Assembly (NCBI GenBank): GCA_965228485.1
Contig: OZ245819.1
Coordinates: forward strand, 330,001 to 362,000
Direction: 5' to 3'
DNA from: Candidatus Saccharimonadota bacterium
GTDB taxonomy: Bacteria; Patescibacteriota; Gracilibacteria; UBA4473
Length of the DNA stretch: 32,000 nt
Shown here one piece after another: positions 7,591-15,844 of this stretch (position 1 is the stretch's first letter; every line of letters begins with the position of its first letter). The notes below the pieces were generated by a model that was given only the letters and a program-made list of their open reading frames with translations, searched no databases and had not been told where the DNA came from. The position numbers and the translations under genes were made by a program.

Positions 7591-8388
7591 TCATTTATCT
7601 AGATCGATATCAATCCCCCCTGTATCATCGAGCTCTTTCTCTATTTCTGTATCATCAAGATTATCAAAATTTTTCTTTTGGAAGGTTTTTTTAACCACCT
7701 TTTTTGGTGCAGCAATTACGTTTTCAACTACCTCAGCCACTTCATCTGGGGCTTCTTCTGTAACCACAGGTCTTTTATATACCACTCTATTTGGAGCTCC
7801 ATCATCCCCAACATGCCGTTGAACCATATTGCTCAGCAACCCTTTAAGGGCTGATTCCTCTGTAAAGTTTTTATTATCCAAATAATTTTCTCGGTAAGTT
7901 TCAATAATTTTAGCGGTTCTCCCTGGGCGACTCAATCGAGCAATCAAGTGAGCATCTCCTCCATTTACCTTACTCAGTATTAAATTCCCATAGTTTAATA
8001 AAAAAGACCTAAACCCCAACCTCTCAACCGCAATTTCATCGAGGTTATGAAAATCAATTCGAGTAGAGCGACGTACAAAGAACTTCGGCCATTCAATAAT
8101 AATCAAGCTCTCATTGGTCATTACAAGAGCATTCACATACCAAAAAAACACTGGCCCCAAAGAATGAATAACTCCAAACACCAGAAGAATCTGCCAAACA
8201 TAATTTAGATCAAACCACATTCGTTTTTCAAAATTATAGGCTGGATAGAAAAACCAAAAGGCCCCTACAAGAAGAGCCCAAAGCACTACTCTTAATAAAA
8301 ACGATCTTCCCACAAAAAAGATAGGCTTTCTAAAAACCTTTATTACCCGCTCATCATCTTCTAAAAAACTTGAAAAACCTAATGCCAT
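7591..8388 (-). CDS. Membrane protein with a bacterial PH (YdbS/YdbT-like, bPH_2) domain and a charged C-terminal tail
   Basis: Two N-terminal TM helices are followed by LVMTNESLIIIEWPKFFVRRSTRIDFHNLDEIAVERLGFRSFLLNYGNLIL, which fits the bPH_2 pattern. This is the only host-type gene here that ends in TGA. Confidence 0.6.
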   Translation of the reverse strand: MALGFSSFLEDDERVIKVFRKPIFFVGRSFLLRVVLWALLVGAFWFFYPAYNFEKRMWFDLNYVWQILLVFGVIHSLGPVFFWYVNALVMTNESLIIIEWPKFFVRRSTRIDFHNLDEIAVERLGFRSFLLNYGNLILSKVNGGDAHLIARLSRPGRTAKIIETYRENYLDNKNFTEESALKGLLSNMVQRHVGDDGAPNRVVYKRPVVTEEAPDEVAEVVENVIAAPKKVVKKTFQKKNFDNLDDTEIEKELDDTGGIDIDLDK

Positions 8389-8492
8389 ACTTCAATTCTA
8401 AATCAGAAGTAAAAAATACAAAAATATTATTTAATTCTTGATTTGGTATTTTCGATTTTCAATTCTTTTTTTTTATCTATTATTTCTGCGAT

Positions 8493-9131
8493 ATGATAAA
8501 AGATAAAGATCAAAGTTGGCTCGCCTTTAGCATAGAAATGGCCTTACTTATAGCCTTAGTACTCTGTGTTCGATATTATGTATTTCAATTTTTCCGAGTG
8601 TCAGGACCTTCTATGTGTCCAACGCTTAATGAATTAAATGACGAATGTGAACATGGAAAGGGTGAGTTTATTTTTGTAAATCAATTCCTCTATAAATTTC
8701 TGGCCGAACCACAGAGAGGAGAAATTGTTGTTTTCCGACCGCCTAATAATAAAGTTTATTATGTAAAACGAGTTATTGGCCTTCCTGGAGACACTATCAC
8801 CGTTAAAAAAGGGAAAGTATATCTTTCAAATGAGGAATTTGAAAACTTCCCACTACCAGAAACTTATCTCTCAGCTAAAAACCAAGGAAGAACTTATAGT
8901 CAGATTGATGAATTCATCGTCCCAGAAGGCCACTATCTTCTTATGGGAGACAATCGTGCTGAAAGCTTGGATGCTAGGCAATGTTTCGGTAGCTGTTACA
9001 ACGAACGAACTCCATTTGTAGAAACAGACAAAATCAAAGGACGAGCGGAATTCGTAATCTGGCCATTCTGGACTACTCGATGGATGAAAAATGAATTAAG
9101 TCAATTATCAGGCCAAGCAAGTCAAGGCTAA
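8493..9131 (+). CDS. lepB: Signal peptidase I
   Basis: S26 boxes are present: SGPSMCPTL (catalytic Ser), YVKRVIGLPGD (catalytic Lys) and GDNRAESLDAR. There is an N-terminal TM anchor. Confidence 0.9.
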   Translation: MIKDKDQSWLAFSIEMALLIALVLCVRYYVFQFFRVSGPSMCPTLNELNDECEHGKGEFIFVNQFLYKFLAEPQRGEIVVFRPPNNKVYYVKRVIGLPGDTITVKKGKVYLSNEEFENFPLPETYLSAKNQGRTYSQIDEFIVPEGHYLLMGDNRAESLDARQCFGSCYNERTPFVETDKIKGRAEFVIWPFWTTRWMKNELSQLSGQASQG

Positions 9132-9203
9132 AATTGTCACGGTTTTTGATAAGTGGCGTTGATCGAGTTAGTATATCTTTGTTTTTTAATTATTTTTAAG
9201 AAA

Positions 9204-10367
9204 ATGAAATCTATGAAACGATTATCTTTGCTTATGTTAGGAATCTTTTTTAGTACTGCCTCAACATTTGCTGCAGATGAAGTTATTGACAATCTGCGAG
9301 TTACGGCTGACAACAATTACTTAAACATTCTTTGGGATGGTGCTCCAAGCTCTGTTATGGCAGAGGCTGATGGATATGCTCTCCAGTGGAGCGAGCGAGA
9401 GAGTGATGTCCGAAATGACAAACCAGCAAATATATATGAGCCTGGTAGTGGTACTGGGAAATCTCTACGAAGAGGAACTTTTACTAATGGAACTTGGTAT
9501 TATACTCGTATTTACACTTATACCGCTGAAGGTCGATACAACAAAGAAATTGGAAATGGTTCCAAAGTTCTAAAATGGAAAATCAACTATCAAAATGAGG
9601 TTGAATCAAGTCTTATTGATGCCAAAGATCCTGTTATTGTAAAAAACACAACTTCCAGTGATGGAAGTACTTCTAGTGCTGACTTTGGAACACTTAGAGC
9701 TTCCCATTACGATACCTTTGCTGACTTTGCTTGGTCTCATCCGAGAGGTCTAACGAGTAGTGATTATGATGGATTCTTAATCGAGCTTTCTAAAAATTCT
9801 GACATGGATGACCCTATTGAAGAATTCACTACCGACAGACAAAAACGATCCCTCAGAATCAAAGGATTAGATCCAGAAACTCAATACTACGCCCGGGGTT
9901 ATTTTTATGAGAAAAAAGGCGGAGAAAATGTAACTTTTGGAGACAGTAACATTAAAGGGTTCAAAACTATTGCTGAGGTTGCACGAGACGGAAAAACCGT
10001 CCGGTCTCGAAATATTATGAAAATTGATAAACGAGGAATCTACACGCTTACTCTTGACGGGAGCAGCTCTAGCTCTTCTTCTAGTAGTTCAAGCTCTTCT
10101 AGCTCAACAAGCACAACGGTTGATGAGAATGATAATGCCGCTATCAAAAAGAGAATTGCCGCTATCAAAAAACAGATTCGAGAATTACAGACTGAACTTA
10201 ATAAATGGGAAGATAAACTGGGAATTGCAAAAACAAAAGTTTCAACTTCTTCAAGCAGTTCAAGAACGACCACAACGAAGAAAACAACAACCAGCTCTTC
10301 TGGCCTAAGCGTTCGAGAACGACTAAAACAAATCTTAGCCGCTAAACGAGCTGCTAAAAATCAATAA
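9204..10367 (+). CDS. Secreted protein with two FN3-like modules, a poly-Ser linker, a coiled coil and a Ser/Thr-rich basic tail
   Basis: Signal peptide MKSMKRLSLLMLGIFFSTASTFA. The start is moved from the track's GTG at 9153 to the ATG at 9204. The sequence contains S15-TSTT, then AAIKKRIAAIKKQIRELQTELNKWEDKL. Confidence 0.7.
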   Translation: MKSMKRLSLLMLGIFFSTASTFAADEVIDNLRVTADNNYLNILWDGAPSSVMAEADGYALQWSERESDVRNDKPANIYEPGSGTGKSLRRGTFTNGTWYYTRIYTYTAEGRYNKEIGNGSKVLKWKINYQNEVESSLIDAKDPVIVKNTTSSDGSTSSADFGTLRASHYDTFADFAWSHPRGLTSSDYDGFLIELSKNSDMDDPIEEFTTDRQKRSLRIKGLDPETQYYARGYFYEKKGGENVTFGDSNIKGFKTIAEVARDGKTVRSRNIMKIDKRGIYTLTLDGSSSSSSSSSSSSSSSTSTTVDENDNAAIKKRIAAIKKQIRELQTELNKWEDKLGIAKTKVSTSSSSSRTTTTKKTTTSSSGLSVRERLKQILAAKRAAKNQ

Positions 10368-10382
10368 TCTTGCCATATAAAT

Positions 10383-11204
10383 ATGAAAATATTCTACCTA
10401 TCCCTCTCAGTTTTATTTCTTGCCTCAACAGCCCATGCTGAAGAAGCCTGCATTCAAACAACTCAACCCGCCGTAAGCCCTGATGGTGTCTGTGAAATTT
10501 TCTCAACCCCTTGTGATGTTCCTGATGATTGGAAATCAATTCCAAGTTGTGATCTTGTTTCAGGAGAAGGTCGAGAAGCTCGACTTAGTCTTGAAGCTAA
10601 GATGAAAAAACGGCTAGAAACACTCCGAAAAAGATTAGCTGAACGAAAAGCTAATCAAGAAAATGGAACTGATGGAGAAAAAGCCCAAAACCGCCCTAAA
10701 AGGCTGGGAAGTGGAAGCTTTACTCGACAAAATGCTCGATACAATGGACTCGAAACACAAGCTGGCTCTGGAAGTGATAGATCATTAAGAACCAGTACTC
10801 AAAAAAACTATAAAAATATAGGATTAAGAAAATATTTTTCTCAAAGAGGCGGATATGGCGATGACACAGAAATAGAAGATAGCAGTGAAACAACGAATCT
10901 AGGAAACGAGCGTGATGAACCAAGCAAAAATCGCCCAGCACAAATTAGTGCTACTAAAGCCAAAAGAAGTGGTAATCTAAAGAGCACTGTACATTGGAAT
11001 ACGCTCTCTAAACAACATATGAGACCTAAGAGTTATGGCAAAAATCCATATAGCCTGAAATCACGATATGCCGCTTCGCAGAAAGAAGCTCGAGATAAAT
11101 CTAACGAATCTGTGGATGTCGAAAAACGAAAAATGAATGGATATCGTATCTGGAGAGGAGAAAAGGAAGATGCAAGCCTGGAAGGAATTAATACCGATTC
11201 ATAA
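10383..11204 (+). CDS. Secreted, basic, low-complexity protein, 273 aa, hypothetical
   Basis: Signal peptide MKIFYLSLSVLFLASTAHA. A Cys-containing N-terminal segment is followed by K/R/E/S/N-rich sequence, and a terminator follows the gene. Confidence 0.6.
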   Translation: MKIFYLSLSVLFLASTAHAEEACIQTTQPAVSPDGVCEIFSTPCDVPDDWKSIPSCDLVSGEGREARLSLEAKMKKRLETLRKRLAERKANQENGTDGEKAQNRPKRLGSGSFTRQNARYNGLETQAGSGSDRSLRTSTQKNYKNIGLRKYFSQRGGYGDDTEIEDSSETTNLGNERDEPSKNRPAQISATKAKRSGNLKSTVHWNTLSKQHMRPKSYGKNPYSLKSRYAASQKEARDKSNESVDVEKRKMNGYRIWRGEKEDASLEGINTDS

Positions 11205-11224
11205 AGAATTTTAATTCTAAAGTC

Positions 11225-11258
11225 AAAGACCCAGCTGTTTATGCTGGGTCTTTTCTTA
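11225..11258 (+). terminator. Rho-independent terminator
   Basis: aaagacccagc-tgtttat-gctgggtcttt followed by tcttac. The 11-bp stem sits directly after the stop at 11204. Confidence 0.75.
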
Positions 11259-11260
11259 CA

Positions 11261-11293
11261 AAAAACCTTCAGTATAAAAAACTGAAGGTTTTT
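11261..11293. terminator. Bidirectional hairpin, likely the terminator of tRNA-Leu on the minus strand
   Basis: aaaaaccttcagt-ataaaaa-actgaaggttttt. The stem is flanked by A-run/T-run tracts on both strands and lies 18 nt downstream of the tRNA 3' end. Confidence 0.6.
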
Positions 11294-11310
11294 GATAAAT
11301 TACTCTTTAA

Positions 11311-11395
11311 TGGTACACGGGAAAGGACTCGAACCTTCACGCCTTGCGGCACTGGTGCCTAAAACCAGCGTGTCTACCAATTCCACCACCCGTGC
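11311..11395 (-). tRNA. tRNA-Leu (anticodon UAG), type II with a long variable arm and encoded CCA
   Basis: The minus strand reads GCACGGGTGGTGGAATTGGTAGACACGCTGGTTTTAGGCACCAGTGCCGCAAGGCGTGAAGGTTCGAGTCCTTTCCCGTGTACCA. Acceptor stem, D, anticodon (CTGGT-TTTAGGC-ACCAG), variable and T (GGTTCGAGTCC) arms all fold. Confidence 0.95.
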
Positions 11396-11410
11396 ATCAA
11401 GAGCTAGGTG

Positions 11411-11438
11411 ATTTTAAAAAAAAAATATTGCTACGCAA
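11411..11438 (-). promoter_or_regulatory. Sigma70-type promoter for tRNA-Leu
   Basis: The minus strand reads TTGCGT, 16-nt spacer, TAAAAT. The -10 element ends 15 nt upstream of the mature tRNA 5' end. Confidence 0.45.
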
Positions 11439-11459
11439 CATTTTTTACAGAGTTTCTCT

Positions 11460-12005
11460 TTAAGACTCTATTACTTTCTTAAAATTCTTTTTACAGTTAC
11501 TCCAGTCATAGGGGAATTTGAAAGTTTCATAGGCGCGTAGAACTGTTGCAAGCAAATCCCAATGATTATTGATGTCATAGGCAAAACAATTCCCTTTTTC
11601 TTGCTGAGGATCAAAGTTCTCAAGCCCTTCCAGAAGAGCTGCTTCAGGAATCACCGCAATGACTCCTTTTTTTGATAGTTTTTTTAAAATATCTTTCTCA
11701 GGTTTGTCGGTAAAAATTATAACCTGGCTATTACTAATTATAGTATCTTTATTCTTGGGTACTGATTCCAAGACATTAAATCTCTCCCTATATTTTTCAG
11801 CATAATCAAAACAAGCCTCCTGAGAGGATTCATCTCCAAAAGCCAAAACGCTCATATCAAAATCCAACTCACACAACGGCTCTATAATCTTAAAAAAAGA
11901 ATCTGCCTTCTTACTCACCGTAAGGGGAGTTATAAATCCAACCGAAAAAATACTTCTCCCTGCCTTAGTTCCCGTTCCTACGTCTTGAGCGATATCCTGT
12001 GTCAT
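11460..12005 (-). CDS. Glycogen/starch-synthase C-terminal-domain-like protein (stand-alone half of a GT-B fold glycosyltransferase)
   Basis: VLAFGDESSQEACFDYAEKYRERF...GVIAVIPEAALLEGLENF...GNCFAYDINNHWDLLATVLRAYETFKFPYDW follows the pattern of the C-terminal half of GlgA-type enzymes. It is only 181 aa and no N-terminal half lies adjacent. Confidence 0.4.
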   Translation of the reverse strand: MTQDIAQDVGTGTKAGRSIFSVGFITPLTVSKKADSFFKIIEPLCELDFDMSVLAFGDESSQEACFDYAEKYRERFNVLESVPKNKDTIISNSQVIIFTDKPEKDILKKLSKKGVIAVIPEAALLEGLENFDPQQEKGNCFAYDINNHWDLLATVLRAYETFKFPYDWSNCKKNFKKVIES

Positions 12006-12101
12006 AAAATTGAATTAATCCCCTAATTTTAACAAATTATTAATGTTTAGTCTATCAAATATAATTGCCTCATTATTAGAAAAATGTGAAAATATAACTA
12101 A

Positions 12102-13046
12102 ATGAAATCATTATTGATAGATGGCTACGCTATGATGTTTCGCAGTTTTTACGCTGTGAGGTTCTCGCCAATGTATAAAAATACTAATATAAATGCCGTT
12201 TATGGTTGTGCTACAACCATAATGCAGGCTATTGAACAGTTTAATCCTGATTACTTAACGGTCGCATTTGACGCTCCCGAAAAAACTTTTCGACACGAAA
12301 AAGATCAAAACTACAAGGCTCAACGAGAAAAGGCCCCAGATGAGTTTATCGCTCAAATTCCGTATGTATTTGAGCTGGTTGAAGCTTTTGGAATTCCCTT
12401 ACTTATCAAACCTGGTTTTGAAGCCGATGATATTATTGGGACACTCGCCACTCAAGCGGCTCAAAAATCGATAAAAACCTTTATTATGAGTGGAGACCTT
12501 GATTTTTTACAACTCGTCTCTGATGATATCAAGCTCGCTCGATTCAACGGTAAATTACCTGAAATTTTCGACCGAGATAAAACGATTGAAAAAATTGGAC
12601 TCCCCCCAGAAAAAATAATTGATTACAAAGCTATTTGTGGTGATAGTTCCGACAATTACAAGGGGATCCCAGGCATTGGCCCTAAAGGAGCCGTTGATTT
12701 ACTCACAAAATTTGAGTCTATTAATGGGATTTATAAAAATATCGATTCACTTCCAGACAAACAAAAGCAAAAATTTATAGACTTTAAAGATGACGTTTTT
12801 CACTGCCAAGACCTAGCAACAATTCATCTAAATGTTCCCATCGACTACAAAATACCAAATGAAAAAACCTATCAATATGATGGAAGTTCTGTAAGCAAAC
12901 ATTTATCATCATTATCACTCAATACTCTTTCTAAAAGAGCATTAAGCCTGAATAATAATAGTGATCAAAAAAAAGCATTTGAACAAAAAAATAATTCAAA
13001 AAATGAAGTCAAAAACACTCCTTCTGATCAACTTTCGTTCTTCTAA
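12102..13046 (+). CDS. Stand-alone 5'-3' exonuclease / flap endonuclease (Pol I N-terminal-domain family)
   Basis: LLIDGYAMMFRSFYA, GFEADDIIGTLA, GDLDFLQLV and the H3TH motif GDSSDNYKGIPGIGPKGA are present. There is no polymerase domain. The low-complexity tail ends in QLSFF. Confidence 0.9.
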   Translation: MKSLLIDGYAMMFRSFYAVRFSPMYKNTNINAVYGCATTIMQAIEQFNPDYLTVAFDAPEKTFRHEKDQNYKAQREKAPDEFIAQIPYVFELVEAFGIPLLIKPGFEADDIIGTLATQAAQKSIKTFIMSGDLDFLQLVSDDIKLARFNGKLPEIFDRDKTIEKIGLPPEKIIDYKAICGDSSDNYKGIPGIGPKGAVDLLTKFESINGIYKNIDSLPDKQKQKFIDFKDDVFHCQDLATIHLNVPIDYKIPNEKTYQYDGSSVSKHLSSLSLNTLSKRALSLNNNSDQKKAFEQKNNSKNEVKNTPSDQLSFF

Positions 13047-13336
13047 ACATCGAAAATAACAAAAAAAGTCTAATTTTGTTGTTTATAGGTGATCACATTT
13101 TTTGTTTTGTCACTTTTTTTTTTAGTAAACACAACTTTAAAGCAATGGCATAGGTAAGAAGTATAAATGTTCAAAAAAACAGTTCAACAAAGGCTTAGAA
13201 GAAAAAAAGATTTGCACATAAAAATAGATTTTGTTAACTTTTACTAGGTCAGACAAAGGAAAAACTTAGATTTAGAAACACCACAAATTGACTAAGATTT
13301 TTGACCCGCAACGAAAAATTTTACATATATATTTAA

Positions 13337-14569
13337 ATGGCAAATCCCAAAACCCTAGTAGGTCTTGACATTGGTTCATCAAAAATACGAACTATTGTTG
13401 GAACTATAGAAGACAAAAAAAGTGTTGTTAACATTATTGGAGTCGGCGTTTCACCATCAAATGGTATTCGAAAAGGAATGATTACCGACATTGATGAAGC
13501 AGCTTCAAATATTACCGCTGCACTTGATGACGCTGAACGAATGTCTGGAGAACCTATCCATCGAGTTTTTGTCGGAGTCTCGGGAACTCATATTGAAACT
13601 TATGACTCAAAAGGAGTTATTGCGATTAATGGTCAAAACGCTGAAATTACAGAAGACGATGTTGATCGAGTACTCGAAGCCGCTCAGGCGGTTTCATTGC
13701 CTGCTAACAGAGAAATTCTGAGAGTTATTCCAAAAAGTTTCTCAGTAGATTCACATAAAAGCGTAAAATATCCTGTAGGAATGACTGGAATTCGTCTAGA
13801 AGTAGAGGCTCATATTATTACTGGGCAAGTTTCAGCTATTAAAAATATTGATAAATGTCTTTACCAGACAGGAGTTGACCCACAAGAAATTGTACCATCA
13901 GTACTGGCTTGTGCAGAGTCTATGCTCAATAGAAAACAAAAAGAACTTGGAGTCGTATTAATCGAGGTTGGTTCTTCTTGTACTAATATGGCAGTATTTG
14001 AAGAAGGTTCAGTAATTTACTCCGCAGTAATTCCTGTTGGAGGAGAGCATGTAACCAACGATCTAGCCATCGGACTTAGATGCGCTATTGATACCGCTGA
14101 AAAAGTAAAAATTGAATACGGAACTTGTCTTCCAAAAGAAGTAAGCGAAAGAGAAGAAATTGATCTATCACAAATATCAAAGACTGACAGCCACTCAGTT
14201 TCAAAACATCAAGCGGCTAAAATTATTGAAGCTCGTTATCATGAGATTTTCCTTATGGTTCGTGACGAACTTTCAAAAATTGGACGAGATGGGATGCTCC
14301 CTGCTGGAGCAATTCTTTGCGGAGGTGCTGTAAAAATGCCTGGAACCGTTGATCTCGCTCGAGAAGCACTTCAACTACCGGTTCAAATGGGATTCCCAAA
14401 AGATATTGAAGGGATCGTAGACCGAGTAGATGATCCAAGTTTTGCATCACTTGTAGGACTCGTTCACTTCGGACACCGATATGGAACTGGAGGATCATTC
14501 TTTGATTTTAACTTTGGTAAATCATTTGATAGCACTTGGAGATGGCTTAAAGGTCTCCTTCCTAACTAA
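13337..14569 (+). CDS. ftsA: Cell division protein FtsA
   Basis: Actin-fold motifs VGLDIGSSKIRTIVG and VLIEVGSSCTNMAVF, plus a C-terminal amphipathic helix FDSTWRWLKGLL. The gene lies immediately upstream of ftsZ. Confidence 0.95.
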   Translation: MANPKTLVGLDIGSSKIRTIVGTIEDKKSVVNIIGVGVSPSNGIRKGMITDIDEAASNITAALDDAERMSGEPIHRVFVGVSGTHIETYDSKGVIAINGQNAEITEDDVDRVLEAAQAVSLPANREILRVIPKSFSVDSHKSVKYPVGMTGIRLEVEAHIITGQVSAIKNIDKCLYQTGVDPQEIVPSVLACAESMLNRKQKELGVVLIEVGSSCTNMAVFEEGSVIYSAVIPVGGEHVTNDLAIGLRCAIDTAEKVKIEYGTCLPKEVSEREEIDLSQISKTDSHSVSKHQAAKIIEARYHEIFLMVRDELSKIGRDGMLPAGAILCGGAVKMPGTVDLAREALQLPVQMGFPKDIEGIVDRVDDPSFASLVGLVHFGHRYGTGGSFFDFNFGKSFDSTWRWLKGLLPN

Positions 14570-14603
14570 ATAATTCCACAAAATTTCCTAACCTAACCCA
14601 GAA

Positions 14604-15758
14604 ATGAAAGATTTATTACAATCTGCAATGACAAAAACAGAAAGCGATAAAAAAGCTACTCAAGATACTCAACCTGCTAGCAATCCTATTCCCGACATTG
14701 CGCCAGTGGCTAACATTAAAGTTATTGGAGTTGGTGGAGGAGGATCTAATGCCGTGAATCGAATGGCAAGTTCAGACTTTGCTAATGTTGAATTCTTGGC
14801 TATTAACACTGATGCTCAAGCTCTATATCACTCTAAAGCAGAGCACAAAATCCACATTGGACGAGAAGCTACTCGAGGCCTGGGAGCTGGAGCCAATCCA
14901 GAAGTTGGAAAAGTTGCTGCAGAAGAATCTATCGAAGAAATCAAATCTGCTCTAAAAGGAGCTGATATGGTTTTTGTAACCTGTGGTCTTGGTGGAGGAA
15001 CTGGAACTGGAGCGGCTCCAGTTGTAGCGAGTATTGCTAAAGAACTTGGAGCTTTAACGGTCGGGGTTGTGACACGGCCTTTCTCTTTCGAAGGACAAAA
15101 TCGAGGGAAAAAAGCAGATGCTGGATACGAAGAACTAAAAAGTAATGTTGATACTCTTATCACTATACCAAATGATCGAATTCTCTCTATTATCGATCGA
15201 AAAACGCCTCTTACAGATGCTTTCTCTGTGGTAGATGAAGTATTACGACAAGGGGTTCAAGGAATTGCTGATCTTATCACCCTACATGGGCTTATCAATG
15301 TGGATTTCGCAGATGTAAAATCTGTAATGAAGGAAGCTGGAACCGCTCTTATGGGAATTGGTTATGGTGCAGGTGAAGATCGCTCTACGGCCGCTGCAAA
15401 AGCCGCTATCGAATCTCCGTTACTAGAACAATCAATTCGAGGGGCGAAAGGAATTCTCTTCAATGTAACTGGAGGAACGGATCTTTCAATGTACGAAATT
15501 GATGAAGCGGCAAAAGTTATCACCGAAGCGGCTGATCCAGAAGCCAATATTATCTTCGGGGCGGTTATCAATGAAAACTACACTGGAGAAATTAAAATTA
15601 CCGTAATCGCTACAGGGTTCTCAGCAGAAGACAAGAAAAAACCTGGACATTCTCAACTTATGAGAAAAGCCTTCAGCTTTGATGGACAACCAGCGCCTGA
15701 AGCTGACCCAGAAAACGATCTAGAAACACCAGCGTTCCTCCGAAATAAACTTCGGTAA
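14604..15758 (+). CDS. ftsZ: Cell division GTPase FtsZ
   Basis: [17 protein letters not shown] and the tubulin signature [13 protein letters not shown] are present, with the C-terminal FtsA-binding peptide [13 protein letters not shown]. Confidence 0.97.
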   Translation: MKDLLQSAMTKTESDKKATQDTQPASNPIPDIAPVANIKVIGVGGGGSNAVNRMASSDFANVEFLAINTDAQALYHSKAEHKIHIGREATRGLGAGANPEVGKVAAEESIEEIKSALKGADMVFVTCGLGGGTGTGAAPVVASIAKELGALTVGVVTRPFSFEGQNRGKKADAGYEELKSNVDTLITIPNDRILSIIDRKTPLTDAFSVVDEVLRQGVQGIADLITLHGLINVDFADVKSVMKEAGTALMGIGYGAGEDRSTAAAKAAIESPLLEQSIRGAKGILFNVTGGTDLSMYEIDEAAKVITEAADPEANIIFGAVINENYTGEIKITVIATGFSAEDKKKPGHSQLMRKAFSFDGQPAPEADPENDLETPAFLRNKLR

Positions 15759-15783
15759 AATCCCCTCTCTTATATCTAGAACT

Positions 15784-15812
15784 AAAAAATCCCGCAGTGC
15801 GGGATTTTTTTA
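15784..15812 (+). terminator. Rho-independent terminator after ftsZ
   Basis: aaaaaatcccg-cagtg-cgggattttttt, 26 nt after the ftsZ stop. Confidence 0.8.
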
Positions 15813-15844
15813 TTTTTCCCAAAACTTCACTATACTGCCCTTCG

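Noticed and set aside
9153-9203. GTG start at 9153 for the FN3-like secreted protein
   Set aside because: The ATG at 9204 gives a canonical signal peptide (MKSMKRLSLLMLGIFF...). The upstream extension is hydrophobic junk that begins 22 nt after the lepB stop.
13047-13336. Possible promoter or leaderless arrangement upstream of ftsA (TTGACC ... TATATA ... ATG)
   Set aside because: The spacer lengths (15 or 19 nt) do not fit and several alternative hexamers exist. I could not support a specific call from the sequence alone.
14828-15571. Antisense ORFs inside ftsZ (14828..15163 and 15362..15571). Similar antisense or off-frame ORFs occur in ftsA, the adhesins (for example 21222..21470, 21864..22196, 22888..23226, 25195..25488), uppP, the CaCA gene, yebC and the 722-aa gene.
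   Set aside because: All lie within confidently identified genes on the opposite strand or in another frame, and have low-complexity or repeat-mirror products.
15797-15844. GTG start at 15797 for prfB
   Set aside because: The first codons (GTG CGG GAT TTT TTT) are the 3' arm and T-tract of the ftsZ terminator. The RF2-homologous sequence begins at the ATG at 15845.
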